Notes: a model not told the origin generated them from the letters alone. A stretch of 64,000 nt of DNA from Anaeroplasma bactoclasticum (GCA_023663825.1 JAMPGQ010000002.1:2762-66761); one strand, 5' to 3'. Shown: positions 47,163 to 60,609, counted from the stretch's first letter. Numbers and translations: made by a program.

Positions 47163-48455
47163 TTACTTCTTTGCTTTAATGATTATAGGATCTGCACCAA
47201 CCTGTAATCTTTTATTTTGAATAGAAATAGATTCTCCATTAAATAGATTTTTATATTCTCCATCCATTAGTAAGGACTTTATTCCGCCATTTACATTTCC
47301 AACATTTAAAATACATTCTATAATTTCTTTTTCTGTTTCATAACTAATTTGAACTACTTCTAAATCCGTATTATGAATTGTATATACTCCATCTCTAAAA
47401 ATAGGATCCTTTTTTATCTCATAACAGCGTTTCATTAAGTTAGGCATATTATATTTGCCCAAACCAGACCAATCTATAGGATCTATCTCAAATAAGCTTT
47501 CCAATTTTTCTTCACAAGCTTCTTGTCCTGCATAAATAAAGGTTGTCCCTTTGAGAAAATAAATCAATGCATTCAAATTTCTCAACCGCACTCCATCCTT
47601 AACAAATATTGCAGCACGTTTACGGTCATGATTTTCCAAAGCATGAGCTTTGATATAGTTTTTAGGATAGATACATTCTTGCATTCTTAATGCATCCAAC
47701 CAATCCTCTAAATTTTCCTTTGTTTCTAAATAATGCTCGTATTTTCTCCAAAGGTCATAATCATACTCCATATCGAATGCTTCATATAATTCACAATCAG
47801 ATGTAGCTTCAAATCCAGAATCTCTAATATGCTTAACGAAGCCCAAATCAATAGATTCTGCAAGCATTACAAAATCCGGATTAATTTTCTTAAGCTCTTT
47901 TCTTGCTTCTATCCAAAACTCTAATGGTACCATAGAGGCAACATCACAGCGATATCCATCTACACCTAGCTTTGCCCAATAGCATAAAACACTAATCAAT
48001 TCCTTCCATAAAGCTTTATTAGAATAATCTAAATCTGTGACATCCCACCAATCACCAACCTTACCACTAAACTTTCCGTCTTTTTGATACATCCATTCTG
48101 GGTGAGTATTTAAAATAACGGAATCTCTAGAAGTATGATTAAAGACAATATCAATCATAAGCTTCATCTGACGTATATGGGTTTCTTCTATAAGCTTCTT
48201 AAAATCCTGTAAAGTTCCTAAGCTTGGGTGAATTTTTCTATAATCCTGAATAGAATACGGACATCCTATTGTACCTTTTTTGTTTTTCTCTCCAATTGGG
48301 TGTATAGGTAATAAATATAATATATCTACTCCTAAAGCCTTGATTCTATCCAAATCAGCAATAAGGCCTTTGAAATCTCCTGTAGCACTATGCTGTCTTG
48401 GAAACACCTGATAAATTACTTGGTTTCTTAAATCTAAATTTGTGTCTTTAGCCAT
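47163..48455 (-). CDS. GH13-family glycosidase (alpha-amylase superfamily catalytic domain)
   Basis: GVDGYRCDVA (nucleophile Asp region), FNH and ENHD motifs. Confidence 0.7.
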   Translation of the reverse strand: MAKDTNLDLRNQVIYQVFPRQHSATGDFKGLIADLDRIKALGVDILYLLPIHPIGEKNKKGTIGCPYSIQDYRKIHPSLGTLQDFKKLIEETHIRQMKLMIDIVFNHTSRDSVILNTHPEWMYQKDGKFSGKVGDWWDVTDLDYSNKALWKELISVLCYWAKLGVDGYRCDVASMVPLEFWIEARKELKKINPDFVMLAESIDLGFVKHIRDSGFEATSDCELYEAFDMEYDYDLWRKYEHYLETKENLEDWLDALRMQECIYPKNYIKAHALENHDRKRAAIFVKDGVRLRNLNALIYFLKGTTFIYAGQEACEEKLESLFEIDPIDWSGLGKYNMPNLMKRCYEIKKDPIFRDGVYTIHNTDLEVVQISYETEKEIIECILNVGNVNGGIKSLLMDGEYKNLFNGESISIQNKRLQVGADPIIIKAKK

Positions 48456-48538
48456 AAATCAACCCTCCATAAAGTAGTATATCAAATTTCTAATGAAAAG
48501 GAAATAGAAAAGGAAGGATTTCTCCTTCCTCGTATAAA

Positions 48539-51500
48539 TTAATCATCTACTTCTTCACTATCTAAGGATGCATCTAATTCATCTAAATAATCAGAATCTA
48601 ATTCAGCTTCATCATCTAAAATTTCATCCTCATCTTCTAATTGCTCATTCTCAAAAGAATCTTCTTCTTTAGTTTGAGAAATTGCATCATTAATTTCTTG
48701 ATAAATATTTTCCTCTTCAGGACGATGTTCACATTCAAAGTCGTCTTCAACTAAAACACCAGTACCTGCTGGAATTAATCCACCAATGATAACATTTTCT
48801 TTTAAGCCAACAAGATGATCCACTTTAGATTGGATTGCAGCATGTGTTAATATTCTTGTTGTTTCTTGGAATGAACATGCTGATAAGAAGGATTGACAAG
48901 CAAGAGCTGCCTTAGTAATACCTAACAATAAAGGCTTAGCCGTTGGAAGAACTCCACCCTTAGCAATCACTTCGGCACAAGCTTCTCTATATTCATTGAT
49001 AGAAATATCTCTACCTGGAAGTAGATCTGTGTCTCCTTCTTGAACAACAATTAGCTTACGCATCATTTGACGTACGATAATTTCAATATGCTTATCAGAA
49101 ATTTCAACGGATTGAGAACGATATACCTTTTGAACCTCTTCAACGATATATTTTTGAACAGCTTCTGCATCCTTAATACGTAATAACTCTTTTGGATGGA
49201 TAGAACCCTTCATTAGCTTCTCACCACGTTTAATTTCGCTTCCAACAGAAACTAATAATTCTGATGTAGCATCAACATTATAATTCTTTTCTTCTTTGTC
49301 GTTTTTAATAGTAATAGCTAAACCATTCTTTGTTTTTTCAATAGCATCAACAGTACCATCAATTTCAGAGATAGTAGCTTTACCTTTTGGCTTACGTGCT
49401 TCAAATAACTCCTGAACACGTGGAAGACCTTGTGTAATATCTTCAGCTGATGCAACACCACCTGTATGGAATGTACGCATGGTTAACTGTGTACCTGGCT
49501 CACCAATGGATTGGGCAGCAACTGTACCAACAGCCTCACCAACCTCAACAACCTTATTTGTTGCAAGGTTACGTCCATAACAAAGCATACATACACCAGA
49601 TTTAGCATCACAAGTAATATTTGTACGAATTGCTACCTTCTTGATACCAGCATGTGCAATTAAAGCTGCCATTTCTTCAGTAAATAATTCATTTCTTCTA
49701 CAAATCAATTCGCCAGTTTCTGGATGAATTAAATCCTTAGCAGCAAAACGACCAATGACACGGTCAGCAACAGTAACAACAATCTTGCCACCATCATCAA
49801 TGATATCTTCAACATATACGCCCTTTTCAGTTCCACAATCTACAGTAGAAATAATAACATCTTGAGATACATCGACTAAACGACGAGTTAAGTAACCGGA
49901 TTCAGCAGTCTTTAACGCTGTGTCGGTAGAACCTTTTCTTGAACCATGAGTAGAAATAAAGAATTCGGATACGGTCAAACCTTCACGGAAGTTGGCTTTA
50001 ACAGGAACTTCGATAGTTTCACCTGCAGTGTTAGCCATTAGACCACGCATACCTGCAAGCTGAGCAAAGTTAGATGCGTTACCACGGGAACCTGAATCAG
50101 CCATCATAAAGATATGGTTATCCTTTTGTTTAGATAGCTCAGCCCATAGACCCTCTTGGATTTCATTACGAGCATCGCCCCATTCCTTTTCAACTAGCTT
50201 TTTACGTTCTTTATTTGTTAACTGACCTAAGTCATACATTAATGTGATTTCATCAATCTTTTTATCTGCAGCTGCAATACGTGTTTGCTTACCTTGATAA
50301 TCCAAAACATCAGCAGCAGAAATAGTTAAACCTGCAATTGTAGAATATTTAAATCCTAAATCCTTGATACGGTCAAGCATTCTTGAGGTTTCTGTAATTT
50401 GGAATCTCTTGAATACTTCTGCAATGATTCTGGCAATATTCTTCTTCTTAAATGGTTGAACCTCATCATGAGCAAGTAATGCTTCATAAGTATTTTCAGG
50501 CTTTTTAGGGTCTAAGAAATACTTGTTAGGTGTAGCAATACAAAGGTTATCTTCTGTAGGCTCATTCAAATAAGGGAATTCATCAGGAAGAATGCTGTTG
50601 AAAATCATCTTACCTAATGTTGTAAATAAGTATTTTCCATGACCAACATTCTTTGCAAACTTCTCTTCTGGCAAATAAGAAGGATCCACAAAAATACGAG
50701 TATGTAATGTAATATTACCATTCTTATAAGCCATATATGCTTCATTAAAGTCTTTATAGAAATGTCCTTCGTTTGGTCTACCAGCCCTTTCAAGAGTAAG
50801 ATAATAGTTACCTAGAATCATATCCTGAGAAGGTGTAACTACTGGCTTACCATCCTTAGGGTTTAGAATGTTATTTGATGCAAGCATTAATAAACGTGCT
50901 TCTGCCTGAGCCTCTAAAGAAAGAGGTACATGGACTGCCATCTGGTCACCATCAAAGTCGGCATTAAATGGAGTACATACAAGTGGGTGAAGACGAATTG
51001 CCTTACCTTCAATTAGTACCGGTTCAAATGCTTGAATACCTAAACGGTGAAGTGTAGGTGCACGGTTTAATAGAACTGGATGCTCACGGATAACCTCTTC
51101 AAGGATAGACCATACGCTATCATCCTGGTTATCACAAGCCTTAGATGCAACTGCAATACTATTTCCAGCCTTAATTAATTCTCTTAATACGAATGGCTTA
51201 AATAGAGTTAAAGCCATTTCCTTTGGAATACCACATTGATACATCTTTAAAGATGGACCAACAACGATAACAGAACGTCCTGAATAATCCACACGCTTAC
51301 CAAGTAGGTTCTGACGGAAACGTCCTTGCTTACCACGAAGCATATCAGACAAGCTCTTTAAATGATGATTCTTTTCAACAACAGCCTTCTTGCCACGTTT
51401 AGAGTTATCAATCAAAGCATCTACTGCTTCTTGAAGCATACGCTTTTCATTTTTTGTAATTAGATGAGGCGCGTGTTGTTCAAACTGCTTCTTTAAACGA

Positions 51501-52294
51501 TTGTTACGATTTAATATACGACGATATAAATCATTTAAATCTGTAGTTGCAAAACGTCCACCCTCTAATTGAACCATTGGACGTAAATCAGGTGGTATTA
51601 CTGGTAATACCTCTAGAATCATCCATTCTGGTTTATTATCGGATCTTAAGAAAGATTCAATAACCTCTAGACGTTTGATTACACGATCACGACGTTGTTT
51701 TGAAGAAGACTTTAGCTTTCTTCTTAAAAGCTTTTCTTCTTTTTCTAAATCAATTTCCTTTAATAAAACCTTAACTGCCTCAGCACCTGTTAAAGCTTTA
51801 AATTTTGATGGATATTGTTCACTTTTTACAGAATATTCTGCTTCTGTTAAAATTTGCTTCTTTACTAATCCTGTATCCTTATCAGCTGAAATAACAATAT
51901 AGGAAGCAAGATAAACAATTTCCTCTAAATCCTTTGTTTTAATATCTAATAATGTTGCAAGAGGGGAGGTACTATTTCTTAAAAACCAAGTATGAACTAC
52001 TGGGCTTGCAAGCTGAATGTGACCTAATCTTTCTCTACGAACCTTAGCTTCAGTAATTTCTACACCACATTTTTCGCAGATTTTACCCTTATCAGTATTT
52101 CTTTTAGACTTACCGCAAGCACATTGATAATCCTTTTGAGGACCAAAAATTTTCTCACAGAATAAGCCATCTGGTTCTGGCTTTAAGGTACGATAATTAA
52201 TTGTTTCGTGCTTTAAAACCTCACCATGTGACCATGATAAAATTTCTTCTGGAGAGGCTAAACCAATTTTAATATATTTGTATTGTGTACTCAT
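48539..52294 (-). CDS. rpoC: DNA-directed RNA polymerase beta-prime subunit
   Basis: 1251 aa, zinc-binding Cys motifs, NADFDGDQM catalytic motif. Confidence 0.97.
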   Translation of the reverse strand: MSTQYKYIKIGLASPEEILSWSHGEVLKHETINYRTLKPEPDGLFCEKIFGPQKDYQCACGKSKRNTDKGKICEKCGVEITEAKVRRERLGHIQLASPVVHTWFLRNSTSPLATLLDIKTKDLEEIVYLASYIVISADKDTGLVKKQILTEAEYSVKSEQYPSKFKALTGAEAVKVLLKEIDLEKEEKLLRRKLKSSSKQRRDRVIKRLEVIESFLRSDNKPEWMILEVLPVIPPDLRPMVQLEGGRFATTDLNDLYRRILNRNNRLKKQFEQHAPHLITKNEKRMLQEAVDALIDNSKRGKKAVVEKNHHLKSLSDMLRGKQGRFRQNLLGKRVDYSGRSVIVVGPSLKMYQCGIPKEMALTLFKPFVLRELIKAGNSIAVASKACDNQDDSVWSILEEVIREHPVLLNRAPTLHRLGIQAFEPVLIEGKAIRLHPLVCTPFNADFDGDQMAVHVPLSLEAQAEARLLMLASNNILNPKDGKPVVTPSQDMILGNYYLTLERAGRPNEGHFYKDFNEAYMAYKNGNITLHTRIFVDPSYLPEEKFAKNVGHGKYLFTTLGKMIFNSILPDEFPYLNEPTEDNLCIATPNKYFLDPKKPENTYEALLAHDEVQPFKKKNIARIIAEVFKRFQITETSRMLDRIKDLGFKYSTIAGLTISAADVLDYQGKQTRIAAADKKIDEITLMYDLGQLTNKERKKLVEKEWGDARNEIQEGLWAELSKQKDNHIFMMADSGSRGNASNFAQLAGMRGLMANTAGETIEVPVKANFREGLTVSEFFISTHGSRKGSTDTALKTAESGYLTRRLVDVSQDVIISTVDCGTEKGVYVEDIIDDGGKIVVTVADRVIGRFAAKDLIHPETGELICRRNELFTEEMAALIAHAGIKKVAIRTNITCDAKSGVCMLCYGRNLATNKVVEVGEAVGTVAAQSIGEPGTQLTMRTFHTGGVASAEDITQGLPRVQELFEARKPKGKATISEIDGTVDAIEKTKNGLAITIKNDKEEKNYNVDATSELLVSVGSEIKRGEKLMKGSIHPKELLRIKDAEAVQKYIVEEVQKVYRSQSVEISDKHIEIIVRQMMRKLIVVQEGDTDLLPGRDISINEYREACAEVIAKGGVLPTAKPLLLGITKAALACQSFLSACSFQETTRILTHAAIQSKVDHLVGLKENVIIGGLIPAGTGVLVEDDFECEHRPEEENIYQEINDAISQTKEEDSFENEQLEDEDEILDDEAELDSDYLDELDASLDSEEVDD

Positions 52295-52307
52295 TGCTTT
52301 CCCTCCA

Positions 52308-55300
52308 TTAACGAATTGTCTCTCTTATTTTCATATCAACAATAGAACGATTTACTTCGTTTTCATCCTTATCATTCATTAATTCAACATGAATACCTAA
52401 TGCTTGTAATTCACGAGTTAATACGCGGAATGACTCTGGAATAGAAGATTCTGGAATTGGTTTGCCATCAACAATCGCATCAAATACGCGGTCTCTACCT
52501 ATTAAATCATCAGACTTAACAGTTAACATTTCACGTAATGTATTTGCAGCACCATAAGCTTCAAGTGCCCAAACCTCCATTTCACCAAAACGCTGACCAC
52601 CATTTTGAGCCTTACCACCCATTGGCTGTTGTGTAACTAGTGTATATGGACCAACATTACGAGCATGTAGCTTGTCATCAACCATGTGGCTTAATTTAAC
52701 GAAATACATGATGCCTACTGTAATCTTATTTTCAAAGGCTTCTCCAGTTCTACCATCATATAAAACCTCTTTGCCATCCTTATTCATTCCAGCCTCAGCC
52801 ATAATAGCTTCAATATCCTCAATAGTAGCACCATCAAATACTGGTGTTGCAACCTTGATACCAAGCTTCTTAGCCGCAATACCTAAATGTAATTCAAGTA
52901 CCTGTCCAATGTTCATACGAGAAGGTACACCCTGTGGGTTAAGCATAATGTCAATTGGATTGCCATCAGCAGTAAATGGCATATCCTCTAAAGGTAAAAT
53001 GTTAGAAATAACACCCTTGTTACCATGACGACCAGCCATCTTATCTCCAACCTGAATCTTACGCTTTTGAACGATATAAATACGAACGACCTCATTTACA
53101 CCAGGAGCTAAATCATCACCCTTTGCCTTAGAGAAGTGTTGAATAGATTGAACTACACCACCACCGCCATGAGGAACACGTAAGGATGTATCACGTACAT
53201 CTCTACTCTTCTCACCAAAAATAGCAAGTAATAATCTTTCTTCTGGAGTTGGATCAGTTACTCCCTTAGGTGTAATCTTACCAACTAAGATATCGCCTTC
53301 CTTAACCTCAGTACCAGGAATTACGATACCACGCTCATCAAGATTCTTCTTTGTTTCTTCCTTAACATTAGGAATTTCATAAGTAAACTCTTCTTTACCT
53401 AACTTTGTATCACGACATTCAACAGAGAATTCATCAATATGAATTGAAGTATACACATCATCATAAACCATCTTTTCGCTCATGATAACGGCATCCTCAA
53501 AGTTATATCCTTCCCATGTCATGAAGGCAATTCTTACATTACGTCCTAAAGCTAATTCTCCATTCTTCATAGACTGACCATCTGCAATAATATCACCACG
53601 GTCAATTCTTTCTCCTACAGAAACAATTGGACGTTGCATAATTGCAGTAGCAGAGTTTGAACGTAAGAATTGATATAAATCATAGCGATGTAGTTCACCA
53701 CTATCTTCTTTTACAATAATCTTTTTAGCATCAACATATTGAACAACACCAGGCATAGTAGCAATTAATGCTGAGCCTGAATCCTTTGCAGCCTTATACT
53801 CCATACCAGTACCAACGATAGGGCTTTCAGGATTAATGATAGGAACAGCCTGACGTTGCATGTTTGCACCCATTAGGGCACGAGTAGCATCGTCGTGTTC
53901 AAGGAACGGAACACACGCAGCAGCAACAGAAACAATCTGCTTAGGAGATACATCCATATAGTCAACCTCTTCAGGATCAACCATTTCTGTTTCTCCATTA
54001 CGACGACCAATAACCTTTTCTTCAATAATATGACCTTCAGCATCAAGCTTGGTAGATGCAGATGCAATAACTAAACCTTCCTCTTCGTCTGCAGAAAGAT
54101 ATACCTTTTCATCAGACACATACTTTCTTCCAGCCTTATCATGTTTTACGACAAAATAAGGAGTTTCAATAAATCCATATTCATTTACCTTTGCATATGT
54201 AGCTAAAGATGTAATCAAACCAATAGATGGACCTTCTGGTGTCTCAATAGGGCACATACGACCATAGTGAGAATTATGAACGTCACGAACCTCTACACCA
54301 GCACGGTCACGGGCAATACCACCCGTACCTAATGCAGAAATACGACGCTTTTGTGTAATTTCAGCAAGTGGGTTGATTTGATCCATGAACTGAGATAACT
54401 GGCTAGATCCAAAGAATTCCTTTAGAGAAGATGTTAAAGGTTTAATGTTGATTAGGTTTTGAGGAGTAGCCTCATGGACCTCAACTGTTGACATACGGTC
54501 TAAAATATTCTTTTCTAGTTTTGCAAAACCAATTCTAAATTGATTCTTTAATAACTCACCAATTAATCTTAAACGACGATTACCTAAATGATCAATATCA
54601 TCAAGAGTGCCTACATTTTGATATAAATTCAAATAGTAGCTTGCAGTTGCAATAATATCAGACATTGTAATATGTAATGAAGTTTCTCTTTGATCATTAC
54701 CAATAATCTTTACTTCATGAGATTCATCATGACGAACAACAGTAACCCTTAAAACTTCATTATATGGATCATCACAAAGAGTATTACCTAAATCAATCTT
54801 TTCACGGAATGCAGCTCTAGCAAGCTTTAAATGCTCTAATACATCACCTTGAACAACATCACCATAGCTAGCAATTTTTGTTCCAGCTTTGAATAAAACA
54901 TTACCTTCTTCGTCTAAGATGTCTTCTTTTGCAATAACATCCTGAGCAAGTTCTAATCCCTTAGCACGTTGTAATACATCTAGCTTAATGTTGTATTTGA
55001 AACGACCAACCTTTTGTAAGTCATAGCGACGATCATCAAATAAACGTTGAACGATTAAAGCGCGTGCTCCTTCTACTGGAACCTTTTCACCTTGACGTAG
55101 TTTAGAATAAACCTCAATTGCAGCCTCTTCAGAGTTTGTAGTAGCATCTCTTTCAAAGGTTGCTTGCATATTCTCGCTATCGCCAAACAAATCAATAATT
55201 TGCTGGTTCGTAGATAAACCATAAGAACGAAGTACAGTAGTTAACGGAATCTTTTTAGAACGGTCTAGCTTACCATACCAAACATTCTTTGATCCCATTT

Positions 55301-55820
55301 CATACTCAATCCAAGCACCACGTGTTGGGATAACAGTACCAGTGTACTTTGTGTCTCCAGTCTTCTTGTCAATTTCTTTTGCGTAGTAAACACCAGAAGA
55401 ACGAACAATCTGAGAAATGATAACACGTTCAGCACCATTAATGATGAATGTTCCAACAGGTGTCATATATGGAATATCTCCCATAAATAATTCCTGTTCT
55501 AACACCTCACCAGTTTGGGCATTTTCCAAACGAACATTTACCTTAAGAGGACGAGCAAAATTCACATCTCTAAGCTTACAATCAACAATAGAAAACTTAG
55601 GATTTTCGAAATGATGTTCCCCAAAAGATAGTTTTAGGTCACCATTGAATGAAGTGATAGGAGAAATATCTCTAAATAGTTCTTCTAAACCTGCATTCAC
55701 AAACCAGTCAAAGGATTTTGTTTGAATCTCAATTAGGTCTGGTAATTCTACTTCTGTACGAATCTTTGAATAATTACGTCTTACAGATTTTTTACCATAG
55801 TTTACATTTTTGTAATTCAT
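52308..55820 (-). CDS. rpoB: DNA-directed RNA polymerase beta subunit
   Basis: Conserved rpoB throughout. The track ORF extends to 55922, but the conserved start is [11 protein letters not shown] at 55820. Confidence 0.95.
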   Translation of the reverse strand: MNYKNVNYGKKSVRRNYSKIRTEVELPDLIEIQTKSFDWFVNAGLEELFRDISPITSFNGDLKLSFGEHHFENPKFSIVDCKLRDVNFARPLKVNVRLENAQTGEVLEQELFMGDIPYMTPVGTFIINGAERVIISQIVRSSGVYYAKEIDKKTGDTKYTGTVIPTRGAWIEYEMGSKNVWYGKLDRSKKIPLTTVLRSYGLSTNQQIIDLFGDSENMQATFERDATTNSEEAAIEVYSKLRQGEKVPVEGARALIVQRLFDDRRYDLQKVGRFKYNIKLDVLQRAKGLELAQDVIAKEDILDEEGNVLFKAGTKIASYGDVVQGDVLEHLKLARAAFREKIDLGNTLCDDPYNEVLRVTVVRHDESHEVKIIGNDQRETSLHITMSDIIATASYYLNLYQNVGTLDDIDHLGNRRLRLIGELLKNQFRIGFAKLEKNILDRMSTVEVHEATPQNLINIKPLTSSLKEFFGSSQLSQFMDQINPLAEITQKRRISALGTGGIARDRAGVEVRDVHNSHYGRMCPIETPEGPSIGLITSLATYAKVNEYGFIETPYFVVKHDKAGRKYVSDEKVYLSADEEEGLVIASASTKLDAEGHIIEEKVIGRRNGETEMVDPEEVDYMDVSPKQIVSVAAACVPFLEHDDATRALMGANMQRQAVPIINPESPIVGTGMEYKAAKDSGSALIATMPGVVQYVDAKKIIVKEDSGELHRYDLYQFLRSNSATAIMQRPIVSVGERIDRGDIIADGQSMKNGELALGRNVRIAFMTWEGYNFEDAVIMSEKMVYDDVYTSIHIDEFSVECRDTKLGKEEFTYEIPNVKEETKKNLDERGIVIPGTEVKEGDILVGKITPKGVTDPTPEERLLLAIFGEKSRDVRDTSLRVPHGGGGVVQSIQHFSKAKGDDLAPGVNEVVRIYIVQKRKIQVGDKMAGRHGNKGVISNILPLEDMPFTADGNPIDIMLNPQGVPSRMNIGQVLELHLGIAAKKLGIKVATPVFDGATIEDIEAIMAEAGMNKDGKEVLYDGRTGEAFENKITVGIMYFVKLSHMVDDKLHARNVGPYTLVTQQPMGGKAQNGGQRFGEMEVWALEAYGAANTLREMLTVKSDDLIGRDRVFDAIVDGKPIPESSIPESFRVLTRELQALGIHVELMNDKDENEVNRSIVDMKIRETIR

Positions 55821-56276
55821 AAATCTTTCCCTTTCTAAAATGTTGAGACTTTCGTATAACGCAATCCGGCAGTCTCTTAAACCTTCTTTGTGATCCCCAC
55901 GAAAAATGTATATAAATCGCATAAAGCGATGAAAATTTTCTTAAAATCTATGATTTTAGGGGCCATAAAGCCTCTAAAAAGCAACAAATCGCATTTTAAT
56001 ATTATATATGTTTTTTTCAATGAAGTCAATAAAATTTGCAATTTTTATAAAAATATTTTGGAAATAAATTTTATGATAATTAAAGGAAAAAACATAAAAA
56101 AAGCAAATATCTTTCTTTCCTTCTATGAAGGTTCTAGCATTTGCTTTTCTTACCTATTAAGATTATTTGAAGTACTTGTCAACTGTAATTTTAATACTGA
56201 TTTTTTTAATATATATATACTTGTACGATTTCCAAATTAATATATTTCAAGAATAAGGAATCTAATGTATACCATA

Positions 56277-58145
56277 TTAATAATTTGTTTGTTCTTTGTT
56301 TAATATTTTATTAACCTGATCCTCTGCAAATTGATTTTTGTAGAGTTCAAAATAATATCCCTTTTGAGCTAAAAGCTCATGATGTTTTCCACTTTCTACC
56401 ACACAGCCATCCTTCATAACGAGGATAATATCTGCATTTACAACTGTAGACAATCTATGGGCAATCATAAAGGTTGTTCTTCCCTCCATTACTTTTTCTA
56501 CTGCTTTTTGAATTAAGCTTTCTGTCTGTGTATCAATAGATGAGGTTGCCTCATCTAAAACTAGAATCTTAGGATCCGCAACAATAGCTCTTGCAAAGCT
56601 GATCAATTGACGTTCGCCAACAGAAAGCTTAGAACCACTTTCACCAACCATTGCCTGATAGCCATCATCTAGTTTGGCAATAAACTCGTCTGCAGCAACT
56701 ACCTCTAAAGCATGTTTTATCTCTTCGTCAGTCGCATCCAATTTACCATACCTGACATTATCCATAATTGTACCACTAAATAGTTGTGGTGTTTGCAATA
56801 CATAGCCAATGTTAGAGTGTAACCATGTAATACTTCTATCCTTATAGCTATGTCCATCGATTAAAATATCTCCTGTTGTAGGCTCATAAAAACGACAAAT
56901 TAGATTGACTATTGTAGATTTACCACTCCCTGTATGACCAACAAGAGCAACACTAGATCCTGCTGGAATATGTAAATTAAAATTCTTTAATACTTCTTCG
57001 CCTTTGGCATATTTGAATGTAACATCTTTAAATTCCACTTCTCCAATCAATGGTTCAAAGTTTTCAAGCTTCGGTTCAAATATTGTACCATATTTTTCTA
57101 TAACCTCTGAGCTGTCTGTAATTTCTGGTTGTTCTTCAATCAAAGAAATGATACGTTCTGCAGAGGCTTGAGCTTGCTGGAAATCACCAATCACTCTAGA
57201 AATAGAAATAATTGGGTCAAAGAATTTTACAGTGTAATCAATGAATAAGTAGAGGATTGCACTATCAATTAAACCACCCATAACCATATTACCACCAAAA
57301 TACAATGTGGTACCTACGCCAGCATAGCATAAGACAAAGGTTATTGGTCCGAAGATTGCAGAAAAGAATACGGCACGTAGCGAAGCTTTTTTATAAGCTT
57401 TTGCTTTACTCAAAAACTCATTTGAGCACTTATCTTCTATAACTAAGCTCTTTACTGCTTTTGCTCCCATAAAGCCTTCATTATAAGCTGCTGTAATTTT
57501 AGAGTTTTCTTTTCTAGCATCTCTATAGCTTGCTAGCATCTTCTTTCTAATAAATATCGTAATACCAATTAATATCGGTAAAATCACTAAAACAATTAAA
57601 GATAACAATGTGTTTACAACTAGAAGAACTCCTAATATTCCAAACATAGATAGTAAGCCCCATAGTAAATCTACACATCCCCAAGATATAATTTCACTTA
57701 ACTTTCTGGAATCAGAAGTTACACGTGCCATAATCCAACCTTGAGCAGTTTTATCAAAATAACTAAATGGAAGTTTTTGCAAGTTTAAATAAGCTTCTTT
57801 TCTTAGTTGATAAGAAGTTTGAATTTCTACTTTACCTGCAAAGTACAGAAAGGAAAACACACATATACCATAAGCTAAGCTTACACCAATATATCCTGCT
57901 ACCATTTTCCAAACCATATCAAAGCGATTAGGATCGTTGCTTTCAAAGAAATGAGAGATGGCAAAGGAATTGATTAATGGATAACAAACATCTAGTATAG
58001 CCAAAAAGACAACTGATAAAATCAAACCACAAAATGTTTTCTTATAAAGCAAAACTGTCTTAAAGATTTTCTTCCATGGTCCTTTGTTATTAGAGCGGTA
58101 ATCTAAATCATTGATTTCCTCTTGCTCATAATCGAAATCATCCAT
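56277..58145 (-). CDS. ABC exporter, fused permease/ATPase subunit
   Basis: Six-TM N-terminal domain. Walker A GHTGSGKST, signature LSVGERQ and Walker B ILVLDEATS. Confidence 0.8.
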   Translation of the reverse strand: MDDFDYEQEEINDLDYRSNNKGPWKKIFKTVLLYKKTFCGLILSVVFLAILDVCYPLINSFAISHFFESNDPNRFDMVWKMVAGYIGVSLAYGICVFSFLYFAGKVEIQTSYQLRKEAYLNLQKLPFSYFDKTAQGWIMARVTSDSRKLSEIISWGCVDLLWGLLSMFGILGVLLVVNTLLSLIVLVILPILIGITIFIRKKMLASYRDARKENSKITAAYNEGFMGAKAVKSLVIEDKCSNEFLSKAKAYKKASLRAVFFSAIFGPITFVLCYAGVGTTLYFGGNMVMGGLIDSAILYLFIDYTVKFFDPIISISRVIGDFQQAQASAERIISLIEEQPEITDSSEVIEKYGTIFEPKLENFEPLIGEVEFKDVTFKYAKGEEVLKNFNLHIPAGSSVALVGHTGSGKSTIVNLICRFYEPTTGDILIDGHSYKDRSITWLHSNIGYVLQTPQLFSGTIMDNVRYGKLDATDEEIKHALEVVAADEFIAKLDDGYQAMVGESGSKLSVGERQLISFARAIVADPKILVLDEATSSIDTQTESLIQKAVEKVMEGRTTFMIAHRLSTVVNADIILVMKDGCVVESGKHHELLAQKGYYFELYKNQFAEDQVNKILNKEQTNY

Positions 58146-58146
58146 C

Positions 58147-59958
58147 CTAGTTTCCCTCCTTTAATATTGCATTAAATTCTTCTTCAAGTTCTCCTTGAAT
58201 TCCCCACAATTCTTTATACAAGCCTTCTTGAACAACTAGTTCCTCATGCTTACCAATTTGGGAAACACTCCCCTGATCTAATACAATAATTTGATCTGCT
58301 TCCTTAGCGGTAGTTGAACGATGGGTAATAATAATCATCGTTTGATCCTTGCTCTTTTTCTTTAAAGCTATTCGAATCATTAAATCTGTTTTTGTATCTA
58401 AAGCTGACAAAGAATCATCAAAAATAATTACATTAGAATCCTTTACAAGCATTCTTGCGATTGCGATTCTTTGCTTCTGTCCTCCAGATAATGTTGTTCC
58501 CTTTTCACCAACAATTGTTTTATATCCTCGCTCAAACTTTTCTATTTCTGTATGTATTGCAGCTGTTCGTGCAGCATCATAAATTCGCTCAGTCGGTATA
58601 CGAGTATCTGTAATTGCTACATTCTCATAAACTGTCTTTGAAAATAAAAATGGGTCTTGAAGAACAAATTTTAGATTTCTTCTTAAATGCTTCTTTTCAA
58701 TATCTTTAATAGAAACTCCGTCAATTAAAATTTCTCCTTCATTAATTTCAAGCATTCTTGTAAGAATGTTACAAATGGTAGACTTACCACTTCCAGTTTT
58801 TCCAACAATAGCGATAGTTTGTCCTGGCCGAATGTGGAAGGACACATTATTTAATAAAGGCTTAGAGTCATCCTCAAACTTAAAGGTAACATTTTTAAAT
58901 TCAATATCACCTGTAATCTGTGGCATCTTTTCTCCATTGATTTCATATTCTTCTGGAATTCTTAATACCTCATCAATACGATTTGCAGCAACACTTGCTT
59001 TACCAAAGGAGGCAATAATTCTTCCTAGACTACGCATAGGCCAAATTAGCATTCCCATAAGGAGTAATGCAGCAACAATATCTGCTGAGCTTAATAAACC
59101 ATCTCTAGCCAAAAAGATACTAACACTCATTGTAAGAGCATATTGTAAAAACACTAGAAAATCGCTACATCCCCAAAACATTGCCATAACTGTATTGAAC
59201 TTGCCATTCTTTTTTGTATAAACTTGATTGGCCTCATCCATCTTTTCAAACTCATATTCTTCATTGGCAAAGGCTCTTACAACACGAGCACTATTGACAT
59301 TTTCTTGAATAATAGTCGTCATTTTACTCTCTGACTCTTCTATTCTTTGGAATGCTTTATTACAATATTTAAAATAAATAATTGAAGATGCTGCTGTAAT
59401 AGGCATACTTACCATACTTACCCACATAAGAGTTGGAGATATTTGATAAACACGATAAGCTCCAATAATAACTGTAACAAATATATCAATCAATCCTGGA
59501 ATCATGCTAGAAATAAAAGTAGATGTTTGATCTACATCAGACGTTGATCTTTGAATCAAATCTCCAATATCAGAATGATTGTGATAAGTATATGAAAGAC
59601 TCATTACATGATCATATATTTTTATTCGTAAATCATACCCAATATAATGTGCTAATGCACCCTCATAATAGTTGTCTAAAAACCGTAAAACAGAATGTAC
59701 AGCTTGTAAAGCAATCATGCTTATACCGACCATCAACAAACAAGTCAGCATATCATCTATATTATTATACCAATTCAAAAGAAATCTAGGTAAATCCGTC
59801 TTTTGTTCTGTTACTTGATTTATGCGCTCAAACGCATATTGAATAAATAGAGGAAGATAAGCATATAGCCATTGTAAAATTGTAGATAAGGCAACAATTA
59901 ATATCACAAGCCATAAATACTTCTTACTCCATTTCCATAATTTTTTTATTCCGTTCAT
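58147..59958 (-). CDS. ABC exporter, fused permease/ATPase subunit (heterodimer partner)
   Basis: Walker A GKTGSGKST, signature LSGGQKQR and Walker B IIIFDDSLSALD. Confidence 0.8.
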   Translation of the reverse strand: MNGIKKLWKWSKKYLWLVILIVALSTILQWLYAYLPLFIQYAFERINQVTEQKTDLPRFLLNWYNNIDDMLTCLLMVGISMIALQAVHSVLRFLDNYYEGALAHYIGYDLRIKIYDHVMSLSYTYHNHSDIGDLIQRSTSDVDQTSTFISSMIPGLIDIFVTVIIGAYRVYQISPTLMWVSMVSMPITAASSIIYFKYCNKAFQRIEESESKMTTIIQENVNSARVVRAFANEEYEFEKMDEANQVYTKKNGKFNTVMAMFWGCSDFLVFLQYALTMSVSIFLARDGLLSSADIVAALLLMGMLIWPMRSLGRIIASFGKASVAANRIDEVLRIPEEYEINGEKMPQITGDIEFKNVTFKFEDDSKPLLNNVSFHIRPGQTIAIVGKTGSGKSTICNILTRMLEINEGEILIDGVSIKDIEKKHLRRNLKFVLQDPFLFSKTVYENVAITDTRIPTERIYDAARTAAIHTEIEKFERGYKTIVGEKGTTLSGGQKQRIAIARMLVKDSNVIIFDDSLSALDTKTDLMIRIALKKKSKDQTMIIITHRSTTAKEADQIIVLDQGSVSQIGKHEELVVQEGLYKELWGIQGELEEEFNAILKEGN

Positions 59959-60012
59959 TTTTTTACTCTCCTAATTTCAAACAAAAAAGAGCCAATTGGC
60001 TCTTAAAGTAAT

Positions 60013-60531
60013 TTATTCTAAAGGAATGGTCGTGCTTTCCTTTTCTGATCCTACCACAATGGAAGTATCAATATTGTTCACATAAGACGCTTTTAATAAC
60101 TTATCAAAAACAAAATTTCGATAAGATTCCAAGTCCTTAGCAACAATTTTCAAAAGGAAGGATGCATCTCCAGTAATCGTATAGCATTCCACAATTTCAG
60201 GAATATCCTTTACCTCCGCAATAAAGTTTTGGCAATTCTCACGATTAAAAGGAAGGATGTATACCTTGGCAAAGCAGGTAATTTGAAAGCCTAATTGCTT
60301 TTCATCAACGACTACAGTAAATTGCTTTAAGATTTTTTGTTCTTTTAAATTTTTAACTCGAAGTAAACATGAAGATGGAGCAAGTCCAATCTTCTTGGAT
60401 AAATCGATATTGCTGATAGAAGAATCCTGTTGTAATAATTCAACAATTTTCTTATCATATTCATCTAAGTGAACTGTATTCATTTTTTTCATCCTCCTTT
60501 CCTTTTTATCCACAAGGATTATACCACTCAA
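60013..60531 (-). CDS. Lrp/AsnC-family transcriptional regulator
   Basis: N-terminal HTH (LDEYDKKIVELLQQDSSISNIDLSKKIG) plus a C-terminal RAM domain. Confidence 0.7.
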   Translation of the reverse strand: MSGIILVDKKERRMKKMNTVHLDEYDKKIVELLQQDSSISNIDLSKKIGLAPSSCLLRVKNLKEQKILKQFTVVVDEKQLGFQITCFAKVYILPFNRENCQNFIAEVKDIPEIVECYTITGDASFLLKIVAKDLESYRNFVFDKLLKASYVNNIDTSIVVGSEKESTTIPLE

Positions 60532-60609
60532 TGTTTTCTTTGTAAAGAAAATTCGAAAAGTTTATTAAATATGTTATTTTTATTCAACAAAATAGGAGTG
60601 TTTGTAGTT

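Noticed and set aside
52672-53028. Plus-strand ORFs antisense to rpoB, rpoC, fusA and the ABC transporter genes (e.g. 52672..53028, 51675..51902, 44854..45186, 58766..59221)
   Set aside because: They are embedded antisense in highly conserved essential genes and have no RBS. These are the usual shadow ORFs.
55821-55922. N-terminal 34-codon extension of rpoB in the track (MRFIYIFRGDH...)
   Set aside because: It is not conserved, and the universal rpoB N-terminus begins at [11 protein letters not shown].
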